Positions 48,756-58,048 of a stretch of DNA of 64,000 nt are shown piece by piece; the stretch's first letter is position 1; the number at the start of each line of letters is the position of its first letter. The position numbers were made by a program, and so were the translations under genes. The DNA lies in NCBI GenBank assembly GCA_965200315.1, contig OZ241362.1, positions 352,001 to 416,000 of the forward strand. Reading direction: 5' to 3'. The notes under the pieces were generated by a model. That model had not been told where the DNA came from. It saw nothing but the letters and a program-made list of their open reading frames with translations, and did not search any database. Source of the DNA: Candidatus Latescibacterota bacterium. GTDB taxonomy: Bacteria > Latescibacterota > UBA2968 > UBA8231.

Positions 48756-49517
48756 ATGGCCAATACTCGGGAGCTCATCGTCATTGGACTAGCCTTTGCT
48801 TGCGCCTTGGTTTTGATGAGTTTACCTGCATCCTATAAGACCTATATCGCCGAGCGCTGCCAAGCCGGTTTATTGGCCTCAGGGCAAGCACTATTTTCGC
48901 GATTCATTCGCTCTGCTCGCAACGAGGAAAAGAGCCGTTTTCTCCTGACTCAAAACGTAGCCCTAGCCCTTGATAACATGCAGCTACAGGAAGCTGGATG
49001 GGAAAATGTGCGCCTGCGCAAGGCCCTGTCCTTTCGGCCTCTAGATGGAAGTACGCGCGTTATTTCTGCCGAGGTGATCGGCCGCGACCCCGACCACATT
49101 TATGACGCGATCGTCATCAACGTTGGTCGCGACCACGGCGTAAATAAGGATATGCCCGTGGTGACACCTGAAGGGCTCGTTGGGCACATTACCCAAGTCG
49201 GCGGATCGGACTCGGTCGTGCAGTTGTTGATGCGGACGAGAGTAAGTGCTTTGATCCAAAAAACACGCGCCCAAGGCATTGTCTCGTGGATCGATGGTCA
49301 GTTTCGGTTGCGATTCGTCGAATCGAGCAACTTGGTGCAGGCGGGCGATTTAGTCGTATCATCGGGGTTGGGCGGGCGATACCCCAAGGGCATACCGATC
49401 GGCACGGTGGTGGAGGTGAATCAGGAGAAACGAGCCCCGGTCTTTTTGCGGGTTATCCTCAGGTCGATTGTGGATTTCTCTGCCCTCGAAGAGGTTTTCG
49501 TACTCGGCAAAGCCTAA
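48756..49517 (+). CDS. mreC: Rod shape-determining protein MreC
   Basis: N-terminal TM, ENVRLRKAL, AEVIGRDP, SSGLGGRYPKGIPIG; follows mreB. Confidence 0.92.
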   Translation: MANTRELIVIGLAFACALVLMSLPASYKTYIAERCQAGLLASGQALFSRFIRSARNEEKSRFLLTQNVALALDNMQLQEAGWENVRLRKALSFRPLDGSTRVISAEVIGRDPDHIYDAIVINVGRDHGVNKDMPVVTPEGLVGHITQVGGSDSVVQLLMRTRVSALIQKTRAQGIVSWIDGQFRLRFVESSNLVQAGDLVVSSGLGGRYPKGIPIGTVVEVNQEKRAPVFLRVILRSIVDFSALEEVFVLGKA

Positions 49518-49533
49518 GAAGGGGCTGCTCGCC

Positions 49534-49562
49534 TTGACAGAGCATAAGCCGTGCCATATCCT
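49534..49562 (+). promoter_or_regulatory. Putative sigma70 promoter of the HU/small protein/tRNA unit
   Basis: TTGACA-17 nt-TATCCT. Confidence 0.6.
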
Positions 49563-49625
49563 TTAGAGCTATCTGTTGGCGTGATAGTTACGCAATTTCA
49601 ACCCATCCGAATAGAGAGTGTGGTC

Positions 49626-49967
49626 TTGACGAAAGCTGATATCGTGCGTCTAATCGCCGAGGGAACAGGGCTTACCAAGACGGATACTGCGGCTGTGGTC
49701 GATGGCTTTATTGAATCCGTAGTCGGTGCTTTGGAACGGGAAGATCACATTGAAATTCGCGGTTTTGGCACTTTCAAAGTCGTCGAGCGCGCACCGCGTA
49801 CCGGTCGCAATCCACGCACGGGTGCTGAAGTAAAAATCGCCGGTCGCAAGGCCCCGACATTTAAGCCCTCAAAGGAATTGCGGGCGCGCGTCAACGGGGA
49901 AAACGCAGAGGACAAAGGTCCAGGAGATAGAAAAGATGCCCTGTGGCAGGAAGAGAAAGCGGCATAA
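49626..49967 (+). CDS. HU/IHF family DNA-binding protein
   Basis: TKADIV, IRGFGTF, GRNPRTG, PTFKPSKEL; start at TTG 49626. Confidence 0.93.
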   Translation: MTKADIVRLIAEGTGLTKTDTAAVVDGFIESVVGALEREDHIEIRGFGTFKVVERAPRTGRNPRTGAEVKIAGRKAPTFKPSKELRARVNGENAEDKGPGDRKDALWQEEKAA

Positions 49968-50028
49968 GATCGCTACGCACAAGCGCAAGAAGAGACTGCG
50001 CAAGAATCGGCACAAGAAGAACGTCTAG
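49936..50028 (+). CDS. 30-aa basic protein, bS22/AURKAIP1-COX24 family small ribosomal protein
   Basis: MPCGRKRKRHKIATHKRKKRLRKNRHKKNV, AGGAG RBS; below the ORF-track cutoff. Confidence 0.85.
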   Translation: MPCGRKRKRHKIATHKRKKRLRKNRHKKNV

Positions 50029-50033
50029 GCTAG

Positions 50034-50110
50034 GGGCTAATAGCTCAGCTGGATAGAGCGCCGGTCTCCGGAACCGGAGGTCCCAGGTTCGAATCCTGGT
50101 TAGCTCACCA
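50034..50110 (+). tRNA. tRNA-Arg(CCG)
   Basis: GGGCTAA/TTAGCTC acceptor stem, anticodon loop CT-CCG-GA, GTTCGAATC, encoded CCA. Confidence 0.95.
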
Positions 50111-50143
50111 TTTTGTCGCCAGAGTATGGTCGGATAATTGAGT

Positions 50144-50221
50144 CGGGGTGTGGCGCAGCCCGGCTAGCGCGCTTCCTTGGGGTGGAAGAGGTCGCTGGTT
50201 CAAATCCAGTCACCCCGACCA
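50144..50221 (+). tRNA. tRNA-Pro(GGG)
   Basis: CGGGGTG/CACCCCG acceptor, loop TT-GGG-GT, GTTCAAATC, CCA. Confidence 0.95.
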
Positions 50222-50264
50222 TTTTTATGGTAGTATAGAGATTGCAGCTTTTGCTTCCCCACGT

Positions 50265-50342
50265 CGGGGTGTAGCGCAGCCCGGCTAGCGCACCTGCTTC
50301 GGGAGCAGGGGGTCGCCGGTTCAAATCCGGCCACCCCGACCA
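50265..50342 (+). tRNA. tRNA-Pro(CGG)
   Basis: CGGGGTG/CACCCCG acceptor, loop TT-CGG-GA, GTTCAAATC, CCA. Confidence 0.95.
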
Positions 50343-50344
50343 CT

Positions 50345-50390
50345 AATTAAGTCCCTGTGAGCTTTTGACTTACAGGGACTTAATTTATTT
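50345..50390 (+). terminator. Intrinsic terminator after the tRNA cluster
   Basis: AATTAAGTCCCTGT/ACAGGGACTTAATT hairpin followed by TATTT. Confidence 0.7.
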
Positions 50391-50402
50391 GCGATATGAG
50401 AT

Positions 50403-51494
50403 ATGGCTCTTTCCATCGGCATAATCGGCTTGCCCAATGTGGGCAAATCAACGCTCTTCAATGCGCTGACAGGAGCTGGGGTCGAGGTATCTAATTACCC
50501 GTTTTGCACAGGGACCCCCAACGTGGGGGCCGTCGAGGTGCCAGATTCGCGCTTGGAGCGGCTAAGCGAAGTCATTCAGCCAGAATCTACAACGCCTACA
50601 AGCATCCGCTTTGTCGATATTGCTGGGCTGGTGCGGGGCGCGAGCCAAGGGGCCGGGTTGGGCAATCAATTCCTCTCCCACGTCAGAGATGCGGATGCTC
50701 TGGTTCACGTGGTGCGCTGTTTTGACGCCCCACAGATCAGCCATGTAGATGGGGCGATTGGCCCATTGCGCGATATTGAGACCATTGAAACGGAGTTGCT
50801 ACTGGCTGATTTGGCGGTCATGGAGAAGGCCGTGCCCCATCTAGACAAAGTGGTCCGGTCTGAGCCGCGCAGCACGCATGCACAAGAGCTGGCGGCCTGC
50901 GCCAAGGTCTTAGAGGGCTTGCAGCGCGGAATGGGCGCGGTAGCGATGGGGTTGACCCCAGAAGAAAGGGACGCACTCGCTGCGTATAGTTTGCTGACGG
51001 CAAGGCCGGTGCTTTATGCGGCCAACGTCGGGGAGGTAGAAACTGGCGCGCCGGGGCCGTGGGTGGATCAGCTAGTCGAACGCTATGGAGCAGACCAAGT
51101 GCTAGTTGTATCGGCGCAACTCGAAGCAGAGATGGCCGGTCTGAGCCAAGAGGAGAGAGCGGAATTCATCCGGGAATTGGGGTTGGAGCATGGGGGGATA
51201 GAGTGCTTAGTCCAGGCCGGATACAAGCTGCTAGATCTTATTACCTTTTACACGCTCGCCAACGGCAAGCTACAGGCTTGGCAGTTGCCGCGTGGAGAAA
51301 AGGCCCCACGTGCAGCCGGGCGGATCCACACGGACATGGAGCAGGGGTTTATCCGCGCGGAACTGGCCTCTTGTGAGCAGCTAATCACTATGGGGGGATG
51401 GGCACCGCTGAAAGCAGCCGGACAATTGCGCAGCGAAGGCCGGGATTACGTCGTCGCTGATGGGGATGTCATCACCTTCCTTTTTAAGGCTTGA
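50403..51494 (+). CDS. ychF: Redox-regulated ATPase YchF
   Basis: GLPNVGKSTLFN, NYPFCT, DIAGLV, GLGNQFL, IHTD...GFIRAE. Confidence 0.95.
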   Translation: MALSIGIIGLPNVGKSTLFNALTGAGVEVSNYPFCTGTPNVGAVEVPDSRLERLSEVIQPESTTPTSIRFVDIAGLVRGASQGAGLGNQFLSHVRDADALVHVVRCFDAPQISHVDGAIGPLRDIETIETELLLADLAVMEKAVPHLDKVVRSEPRSTHAQELAACAKVLEGLQRGMGAVAMGLTPEERDALAAYSLLTARPVLYAANVGEVETGAPGPWVDQLVERYGADQVLVVSAQLEAEMAGLSQEERAEFIRELGLEHGGIECLVQAGYKLLDLITFYTLANGKLQAWQLPRGEKAPRAAGRIHTDMEQGFIRAELASCEQLITMGGWAPLKAAGQLRSEGRDYVVADGDVITFLFKA

Positions 51495-51592
51495 GAGCCC
51501 AGAAGAATCGCCTTGGGGAACGCTTTTTGTGTTTTGACGGAAGGTGTTAGGTCGCCTATCTTCTGCCGTTTGAACAAGAGCGAAATAGACCA

Positions 51593-51883
51593 ATGGGACG
51601 CGCCTTGGGCATGATTGAAACCCGCGGTTGGGTAGGCTATGGTCGAAGCGGCAGACGCAATGGTCGAAGCCGCTGATATCGAGGTAGTCGGCTGGCCGCA
51701 AGTAGGCGGCGGACTAGTCTCGGGCATCGTCCGGGGAGATGTGGCCGCTGTGTGCGCAGCTACGGAGGCTGGTGCTGTGGTCGCAGCGAGTGTAGGTGAA
51801 ATACGCTCAGCATCATTCCCCGGCCACATGAGAGCACGGAAGCGGCCCTATCCCTAATCCACCCGCTCGCAACTGCATGGTAA
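51593..51883 (+). pseudogene. Frameshifted BMC-H shell protein (EutM/PduA-like)
   Basis: MGRALGMIETRGWVG |+1| MVEAADAMVEAA..VGGGLV..VRGDVAAV..GEI |-1| IIPRPHE; the start frame hits TGA early. Confidence 0.8.
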
Positions 51884-52707
51884 TTGGGGCAAAAATAATC
51901 TTGGCAACGGCCCTACTGGGCTGGGCTGCATGGTACCTCGAACCGGCTGAGTTGCTTGCAGCCGCTGGGCAGGTCGGCAGGGATAAAGTGCTCGTCTGCG
52001 GGGCCATTGCCCTAGTGGGCATCGGCGTACAATGGATTAAGTGGCAGCTATTGTTGCGCAACCAAATCCCTGAGGCCAACAGGCGCGATGTGCTTTATTC
52101 GCTGCTGGGCGGTGCCGCCCTCGGTCTGGTGACACCGAGCCGTTTGGGCGAACTGGGGCGCGGCGTTTTCTTGGGGCGGAACCGGGCTAGGGCCGCGTTG
52201 CTGACGGCCGTGGACAAGTTGAGTTCGGCCGTGGTCACGTTGGGTTTGGGAGCCGTAGCTGCATGGATTTTATGGCCCCAGCTCAGGGGCTTTTTGCTGT
52301 TGCTGGTCTGCATCCTCGGCGCGATGCTGTATTGGGGCTGGTCCCGCCGGAAAGCGAGCGGGCCAATTGCATGGGGCGCTATCGCCGGGTTATCCGTCTT
52401 GTTCAACTTGGTATTTATGGCGCAATTTTTCTATTTGGTCACCGCCAGTGTGGCCGCCGACTCAACTGTTGTGCTGGCGGTGCCGGTGGTATTTGCCCTG
52501 AAAACCCTGTTGCCCTTGGGGTTTTTGGATTTAGGAGTCCGCGAGGCCGCGGCCATTCTGGTATTTAGCAGCCTCGGCTTAGAGCCGCAACCTGCCTTTG
52601 TGGCCAGTCTCCTGATTTTTGTCTGCAATGTGTGCTTGCCGGCTGGCTTGGGCTGGCTGTGGATTGCCAGCCGTCGCCTGCGGACGGTGGGAAAGGTAGC
52701 CTTATGA
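51877..52707 (+). CDS. Lysylphosphatidylglycerol synthase TM domain (UPF0104) protein
   Basis: KWQLLL, TPSRLGELGR, DK, LGVREAA; hydrophobic. Confidence 0.8.
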   Translation: MVIGAKIILATALLGWAAWYLEPAELLAAAGQVGRDKVLVCGAIALVGIGVQWIKWQLLLRNQIPEANRRDVLYSLLGGAALGLVTPSRLGELGRGVFLGRNRARAALLTAVDKLSSAVVTLGLGAVAAWILWPQLRGFLLLLVCILGAMLYWGWSRRKASGPIAWGAIAGLSVLFNLVFMAQFFYLVTASVAADSTVVLAVPVVFALKTLLPLGFLDLGVREAAAILVFSSLGLEPQPAFVASLLIFVCNVCLPAGLGWLWIASRRLRTVGKVAL

Positions 52708-53426
52708 ATTCGGCGTATGCGATAAAGAAAGAAATATGCGAAGTAGGGCACCGGGTCTATCAGCGCGGGTACGTAGCGGCCAACGACGGCAATATCAGCG
52801 TCCGCATAGAGGACGACCTAGTGCTGTGTACGCCGACTGGAGTGAGCAAGGGCTACCTGAGTGCCGACATGCTGGCCACCTGCGATATGGAGGGCCGGCA
52901 AGTAGCGGGATCGCTAAAAATATCGTCGGAAATCCGCATGCACCTCGAAATCTACAAGTTGCGGCCCGACGTCCGCGCAGTCGTCCATGCCCATCCGCCA
53001 ACAGCGACCGGTTTTGCCGTCGCTGGCATTGAGCTGACTCAGTGCGTATTGCCCGAGGTCATCGTCAGCCTCGGGGGCATCCCACTCGCGGACTACGGTA
53101 CGCCTGGAGGCCCGGATATCGTCGAGCCGATGAAGCCACTTTTGCGGCAATACGACGCCGTTCTAATGGCCAATCACGGAGTGGTAACCGCGGGCCAACA
53201 CGTCATGGACGCCCATTTCAAGATGGAGACCGTCGAACACTTTGCCCAGATCGCCTTGGTGGCGCACCAACTCGGCGGGATCCGCACACTGGGGGGTAAA
53301 GATGTGGAGGATCTCACGAATCTGAGGAAGCACTTTGGAATTGGGGACCGGCCGTCCTGTGAGGTGGCCGGAGAAAGCGATCTAGTCGAGCGGATTACCG
53401 AGGAAGTCCTGCGCCAACTGCGCTAG
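52704..53426 (+). CDS. Class II aldolase (fuculose/rhamnulose-1-P type) with C-terminal encapsulation peptide
   Basis: NDGNIS, TPTGVSKG, SSEIRMH, VHAHPP, MANHG; tail DLVERITEEVLRQLR. Confidence 0.9.
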   Translation: MNSAYAIKKEICEVGHRVYQRGYVAANDGNISVRIEDDLVLCTPTGVSKGYLSADMLATCDMEGRQVAGSLKISSEIRMHLEIYKLRPDVRAVVHAHPPTATGFAVAGIELTQCVLPEVIVSLGGIPLADYGTPGGPDIVEPMKPLLRQYDAVLMANHGVVTAGQHVMDAHFKMETVEHFAQIALVAHQLGGIRTLGGKDVEDLTNLRKHFGIGDRPSCEVAGESDLVERITEEVLRQLR

Positions 53427-53449
53427 CTCGGCATGCGATGCGAGGGAGT

Positions 53450-54448
53450 ATGAGGTTTATAGGACTAATCGCCGCGGTAATCGGGATCGCAGCTCCGGCC
53501 AGTGGCCAAGCCATCGTCGAGGCGGTCCAGCGCGGAGACTCCCTGTTGGCGCAGGGCCAGCCTAAGCAGGCGTTAGCCGAATACGAAAAGGCGTGCGAAC
53601 AAGGTGCTGGCAGCGCGATGTTTCTCAATCGCTTGGCCAGCCTCTACATGGAGACCGGCGGCTATAGTCAGGCGGCCCAATCGCTGCAAAAATCGCTTTC
53701 TGAAGACCCTAGGCAGCTACCGGTATATTCGGCGTTGGGAGAGGCCTTTTTAGCCATGGGCCAGCTAGATTCGTCTATTTTTTACGTCGAACAAGCGAGC
53801 ATTTTGGCTCCATCCTCAACCAAAGTCCACAGTACCCTCGGTTATCTCTACATGCAGGCTGGTCAGAGCGAAAGGGCGAGGGAACGCCTTGACCGGGCCT
53901 TGGCACTGGACGAAAAAAACGCGGAAGCCTATCGCCTATATGGATATTACTACGCGCAAAAGGACTCGGTAGATCGGGCCATTGAATACTATCAAAAATT
54001 GGCGGAGTTGTCGCCGGACAATGTCGAAGCCTACAACAACATCGCCTTCCTCCTCACCGGAGCCGGACGCTATGCGGAAGCACTTGAGTATTACAAACGA
54101 GCGAAAGATCGGGCGCAGGATCCCTACCTAGCCCAGGTAATCACGGCCAAAATCGAAGAGGTACAGGCGCTGCTGGCCGGTGAGATGCGGGCGCGCTACA
54201 TATTGGTCGAAACAGAAGCGTCCGCACTCGAAGTCCTCGAAAAAATGGCTCGAGGAGCCGATTTTTCCCAACTAGCGCAGCAGCTTTCCATCGCGCCCAA
54301 TGCCAATCAGGGCGGAGATTTGGGGTTTTTTGGGCCGGGTGAACTCATGCCCGAGATCGAGGAAATCGTAGTGCAACTGAAGGTTGGAGAACTGAGTCAG
54401 GTCGTGGAATTGCCCATGGGGTATATCGTCGTGCAGAGATTGAACTAG
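53450..54448 (+). CDS. Secreted TPR protein with C-terminal PpiC (parvulin) domain
   Basis: Signal peptide, multiple TPRs, ARYILVE..FSQLAQQLS..GGDLGFF. Confidence 0.85.
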   Translation: MRFIGLIAAVIGIAAPASGQAIVEAVQRGDSLLAQGQPKQALAEYEKACEQGAGSAMFLNRLASLYMETGGYSQAAQSLQKSLSEDPRQLPVYSALGEAFLAMGQLDSSIFYVEQASILAPSSTKVHSTLGYLYMQAGQSERARERLDRALALDEKNAEAYRLYGYYYAQKDSVDRAIEYYQKLAELSPDNVEAYNNIAFLLTGAGRYAEALEYYKRAKDRAQDPYLAQVITAKIEEVQALLAGEMRARYILVETEASALEVLEKMARGADFSQLAQQLSIAPNANQGGDLGFFGPGELMPEIEEIVVQLKVGELSQVVELPMGYIVVQRLN

Positions 54449-54453
54449 CAATG

Positions 54454-54494
54454 AAAAAGGTAGCGGCCAAGACATCTTTCGATGCCTTGGCCGC
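54454..54494 (-). terminator. Strong hairpin, terminator-like in minus orientation
   Basis: Minus strand GCGGCCAAGGCATC-GAAA-GATGTCTTGGCCGC followed by TACCTTTTT. Confidence 0.55.
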
Positions 54495-54613
54495 CAGGGA
54501 GGGATACGAACCATGACCGGAATGGCTCGCATAGGTTAAACGCCCTGAAAAGAAAAGGGTTCCACATTGGCAGTACTTTTTTTGAATGTTCAATATCTCC
54601 AGAGGCAGCAAGG

Positions 54614-55027
54614 ATGAACGCGGATGACCTGCGCGATGTAGCCGAGCGGCTTGAAGCCTTGGAGTCGCTGGCCAAGCTGTTCGGAAATTCATGGCTTGAA
54701 TACGCCAAAAACCAGATACAGGACGAGAAAATCAGGGCCTATCTGACGGTTTTTGACGACGCCTTTCCCGGGATGGACCACGTCGTCGAATTCGTGCGCC
54801 AAAATGCCCACGCCCTTGCTGCCGGCGAGGATGTCCAAGAAAATTTTGCAGGTTTGGCGCAGGTGCTGCTACAGCGGGAGAGCGAAGGCGCGGGTTTTCT
54901 CACCAGCGATGCGGAAGTTGTAGGAGAAATCACTGCGCCCGACGACGAGCAGGAGGAGGCATTAAAACCGACGAGTGATGAAGAAGAGTCGAAAAACGAG
55001 GACCAAATAGATGCCCTTTTTGGCTGA
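54614..55027 (+). CDS. Hypothetical acidic protein
   Basis: 137 aa from ATG 54614, helical N-terminal part, acidic tail ending EDQIDALFG. Confidence 0.65.
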   Translation: MNADDLRDVAERLEALESLAKLFGNSWLEYAKNQIQDEKIRAYLTVFDDAFPGMDHVVEFVRQNAHALAAGEDVQENFAGLAQVLLQRESEGAGFLTSDAEVVGEITAPDDEQEEALKPTSDEEESKNEDQIDALFG

Positions 55028-55056
55028 ACAAGCCTATCCCAACAGAGCGAGCTGGC

Positions 55057-56421
55057 ATGCCCTATTCCTATAATGCTTGGTTCCAGTGCATCAATTGCGA
55101 CGACGAGCGCTATCCGCTAAACGAAGTAGTCTATCACTGTCAAAAGTGTGGAGGGCTGCTCGAAGTACGTCACGATATGGAATCCTTACAGCGGCGCTCG
55201 GGCGGTGAGTGGCGGACGCTGTTTGATCAGCGCTACATGAGTTCGGTGCATCCGTATGGGAGTTCGGTTTGGGGCAAGAAAGAAATGGTTTGCCCCCTCG
55301 TCGAAGACGAAAACGTGGTCTCCATGTACGAGGGGGGAAGCAATCTGCTCTGGGCCGAGCGCTTGGGCACCGAACTAGGTATGAAAGATCTGTGGATAAA
55401 GCAGTGCGGCAATAGCCACACGGGTTCGTTTAAGGACTTGGGCATGACCGTATTGGTTTCCATGGTCAACCAGATGATTGCCGAGGGCCAGTCTATACCT
55501 GCGGTAGCCTGCGCCTCAACCGGGGACACCTCAGCGGCGTTGGCCGCGTATTGCGCGGCCGCTGGTATTCCAGCCATCGTGTTGCTGCCCAAAGACATGA
55601 TCTCCACCTCTCAACTCATCCAGCCCATAGCCAACGGTGCGCTGACGCTCGCCCTACGCACCGACTTCGACGGGTGCATGGCCTTAGTGCAGGAAATCTG
55701 CCGCCGCGACCAAATTTATCTGGCGAACTCGATGAATTCGCTCCGCATTGAAGGGCAAAAGACCATCGCGATTGAGCTGTTACAGCAATTTCACTGGGAG
55801 GTCCCCGACTGGGTCGTTATCCCGGGCGGCAATCTGGGCAATGTCAGTGCCTTGGGGAAGGGGTTTATCGAGGGCCAGCAAATGGGGCTTATCGACAAGC
55901 TGCCGCGCCTTGCCGTCGCCCAAGCCTCTCAGGCCAATCCGCTTTATCTCAGTTATCTCGATGGGTTCCGCACCTTTGAGCCGCAAACGGCCCGCGACAC
56001 CTTGGCCAGTGCCATCAAGATCGGCAACCCCGTAAGCCGGGAGCGAGCCATCCGCATCTTGCAGCACTTCGACGGCATCGTCGAAGAAGCTACGGAAGAC
56101 GAATTGGCCAACGCCTGTGCAAGGGCCGACCGCAATGGGCTGTTCACCTGTCCGCACACGGGCGTCGCCTTGGCTGCACTAGAGAAAATGATTGCAGCCG
56201 GGCACATCGAGCCCAAGAGCCGAGTGATCGTAATATCCACGGCGCACGGGCTGAAGTTTCCAGATTTCAAGGTGAAATACCACGAAGACCAATTGCGGGA
56301 ATTTCGCGTCGAACCACAGCATCGCAATATGCCCATTGAGATCGAAGCCGAATACGAAGCTGTGCATCGGGCTGTCCTTGAAGCCATAGAGCAGCGGACG
56401 CTGGCTGCGGCCCTCCACTGA
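55057..56421 (+). CDS. thrC: Threonine synthase (plant-like subfamily)
   Basis: [11 protein letters not shown] (PLP Lys), [36 protein letters not shown]. Confidence 0.95.
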   Translation: MPYSYNAWFQCINCDDERYPLNEVVYHCQKCGGLLEVRHDMESLQRRSGGEWRTLFDQRYMSSVHPYGSSVWGKKEMVCPLVEDENVVSMYEGGSNLLWAERLGTELGMKDLWIKQCGNSHTGSFKDLGMTVLVSMVNQMIAEGQSIPAVACASTGDTSAALAAYCAAAGIPAIVLLPKDMISTSQLIQPIANGALTLALRTDFDGCMALVQEICRRDQIYLANSMNSLRIEGQKTIAIELLQQFHWEVPDWVVIPGGNLGNVSALGKGFIEGQQMGLIDKLPRLAVAQASQANPLYLSYLDGFRTFEPQTARDTLASAIKIGNPVSRERAIRILQHFDGIVEEATEDELANACARADRNGLFTCPHTGVALAALEKMIAAGHIEPKSRVIVISTAHGLKFPDFKVKYHEDQLREFRVEPQHRNMPIEIEAEYEAVHRAVLEAIEQRTLAAALH

Positions 56422-56433
56422 AAGAGCAAAACA

Positions 56434-57615
56434 ATGAACCACGATGGTTTTGTCGGAGAATCGACCCGTTCCGTACACGGGGGAGGGGAACGAGATAAGT
56501 TTGCCCAGTCACTCATCGACCCCATTGCTCAGACGGCCACCTATACTTTTGCCGATCTAGATGAATTTGTCGCTTTTAAGGCCGGCGAAAAATCGCTCTA
56601 TGAATACGGGCGCTACGGCAATCCGACCCAGCGGGCCGCCGAGCATCGAATAGCCGCCTTAGAGAACGCCGAAGCCGCTTTGCTCTTTCCGTCGGGCATG
56701 AGCGCGATTACCTCGGTGCTCTATGCAATGCTGCGCAGTGGGCAACACTTAGTGCTTATGGAAGATTGCTACCGCATGACGGCCAAATTCTGCGAGGTCT
56801 TGGCCAAATTCGGCATTGAATCTACCCTAGTTAAGCCCGGTAATATGGATGCGTTGGCGGCTGCGGTGCGCCCAGAGACCCGCTTGATATTTACCGAGTC
56901 CCCGACCAATCCCCACCTGCACGTCCTCGACTTGGAACAGCTCGTCGCTTTTGCCAAACAGCGGCGTCTCAAGGTTATCATCGACAGCACCTTGGCCACG
57001 CCAGTCAATCAGCGGCCGCTCGATTTCGGGGTTGATTTGGTCATCCACAGTGCCACCAAATATCTCGGTGGGCACAACGATCTGATGGCCGGTGCCATCT
57101 GCGGTAAGGCTCCTTTAGTCGAGGCCATTGGCGAATACCAACGAATCACCGGCGGGATCGTCGACCCCAACACCTCGTTTTTGCTGATCCGGGGGTTGAA
57201 GACGCTCGCATTACGCGTTCTGCAGCAAAACGATACAGCCCTGACAGTAGCCCGGTTCCTAGAAGCTCATCCCAAAATTCGCCAAGTCTTTTACCCAGGT
57301 CTTGAAAGCCACGTCGATCACTGCGTCGCCAGAGAGCAAATGCGCGGTTTTGGCGGGTTGATCAGCTTTGAGATTGACGGCACCCCCGAACAGACGCGGA
57401 ATTTCGTTCATCGGCTAGCCGTGCCTTATATCGCCCCGAGCTTGGGAGGGGTGGAGACGCTGGTCTCGCATCCGGCGACCGTTTCCTATTACGATTTGAG
57501 CCGGAAGGAACGGCTGGCCATCGGCATCACCGACCAGTTGGTGCGCTATGCCGTGGGCATTGAGGACGCCGATGAGCTCATCGGCGATCTAGAGAGGGTG
57601 CTTGAGGAGGTCTAA
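56434..57615 (+). CDS. metB: Cystathionine gamma-synthase (Cys/Met PLP enzyme)
   Basis: YGRYGNPT, SGMSAI, ESPTNP, HSATKYLGGHND, APSLGGVE. Confidence 0.8.
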   Translation: MNHDGFVGESTRSVHGGGERDKFAQSLIDPIAQTATYTFADLDEFVAFKAGEKSLYEYGRYGNPTQRAAEHRIAALENAEAALLFPSGMSAITSVLYAMLRSGQHLVLMEDCYRMTAKFCEVLAKFGIESTLVKPGNMDALAAAVRPETRLIFTESPTNPHLHVLDLEQLVAFAKQRRLKVIIDSTLATPVNQRPLDFGVDLVIHSATKYLGGHNDLMAGAICGKAPLVEAIGEYQRITGGIVDPNTSFLLIRGLKTLALRVLQQNDTALTVARFLEAHPKIRQVFYPGLESHVDHCVAREQMRGFGGLISFEIDGTPEQTRNFVHRLAVPYIAPSLGGVETLVSHPATVSYYDLSRKERLAIGITDQLVRYAVGIEDADELIGDLERVLEEV

Positions 57616-57619
57616 GGAA

Positions 57620-58048
57620 TCAAAAGTTCAAGTCGGCCAAGAGCACGGTCCAGGGCAGGGAAGAGACTTTGCGGTACAGGTCGCCGTCGCTGGTCACGGC
57701 TTGGCAGCGGATATGGGCCCCTAAGGCAATGAAGCCGGCGGCGTACATGCTGATGGAATGCTCAAAGGCGATTTGCGTGGCTTTGCGGGTAATTTCGGCG
57801 TTGTAGGGCACAATATCCAAGTGCATGTACTCCAAACTGGCCAAGGCGTCGTCTATATAGGTGCGATCGAATTGGCGGCTTTCCTTGAGGACATGAGCCA
57901 GTTCGTATATAGATTGATCGAGTACAGTCAGCGCGATTCTTTCCGCTAGCTGCTCTTGGCGAAGGCCAAGGGCCTTGTGGGTATCCATATCGTGCGCTGG
58001 AGAAAACCACCTCAGCATAACGGAGGTATCTAGCGCGTAGCGAATCAC
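57620..58048 (-). CDS. VapC-family PIN domain toxin
   Basis: ALDTSV, YE, VTSD; overlaps the upstream antitoxin by 4 nt. Confidence 0.8.
   Translation of the reverse strand: MIRYALDTSVMLRWFSPAHDMDTHKALGLRQEQLAERIALTVLDQSIYELAHVLKESRQFDRTYIDDALASLEYMHLDIVPYNAEITRKATQIAFEHSISMYAAGFIALGAHIRCQAVTSDGDLYRKVSSLPWTVLLADLNF

Noticed and set aside
50034-50400. tRNA cluster as an integration site; 74-aa minus ORF 50100-50324
   Set aside because: No integrase or duplicated tRNA 3' end found; the ORF is antisense to the tRNAs; similarity of the two Pro tRNAs is ordinary paralogy
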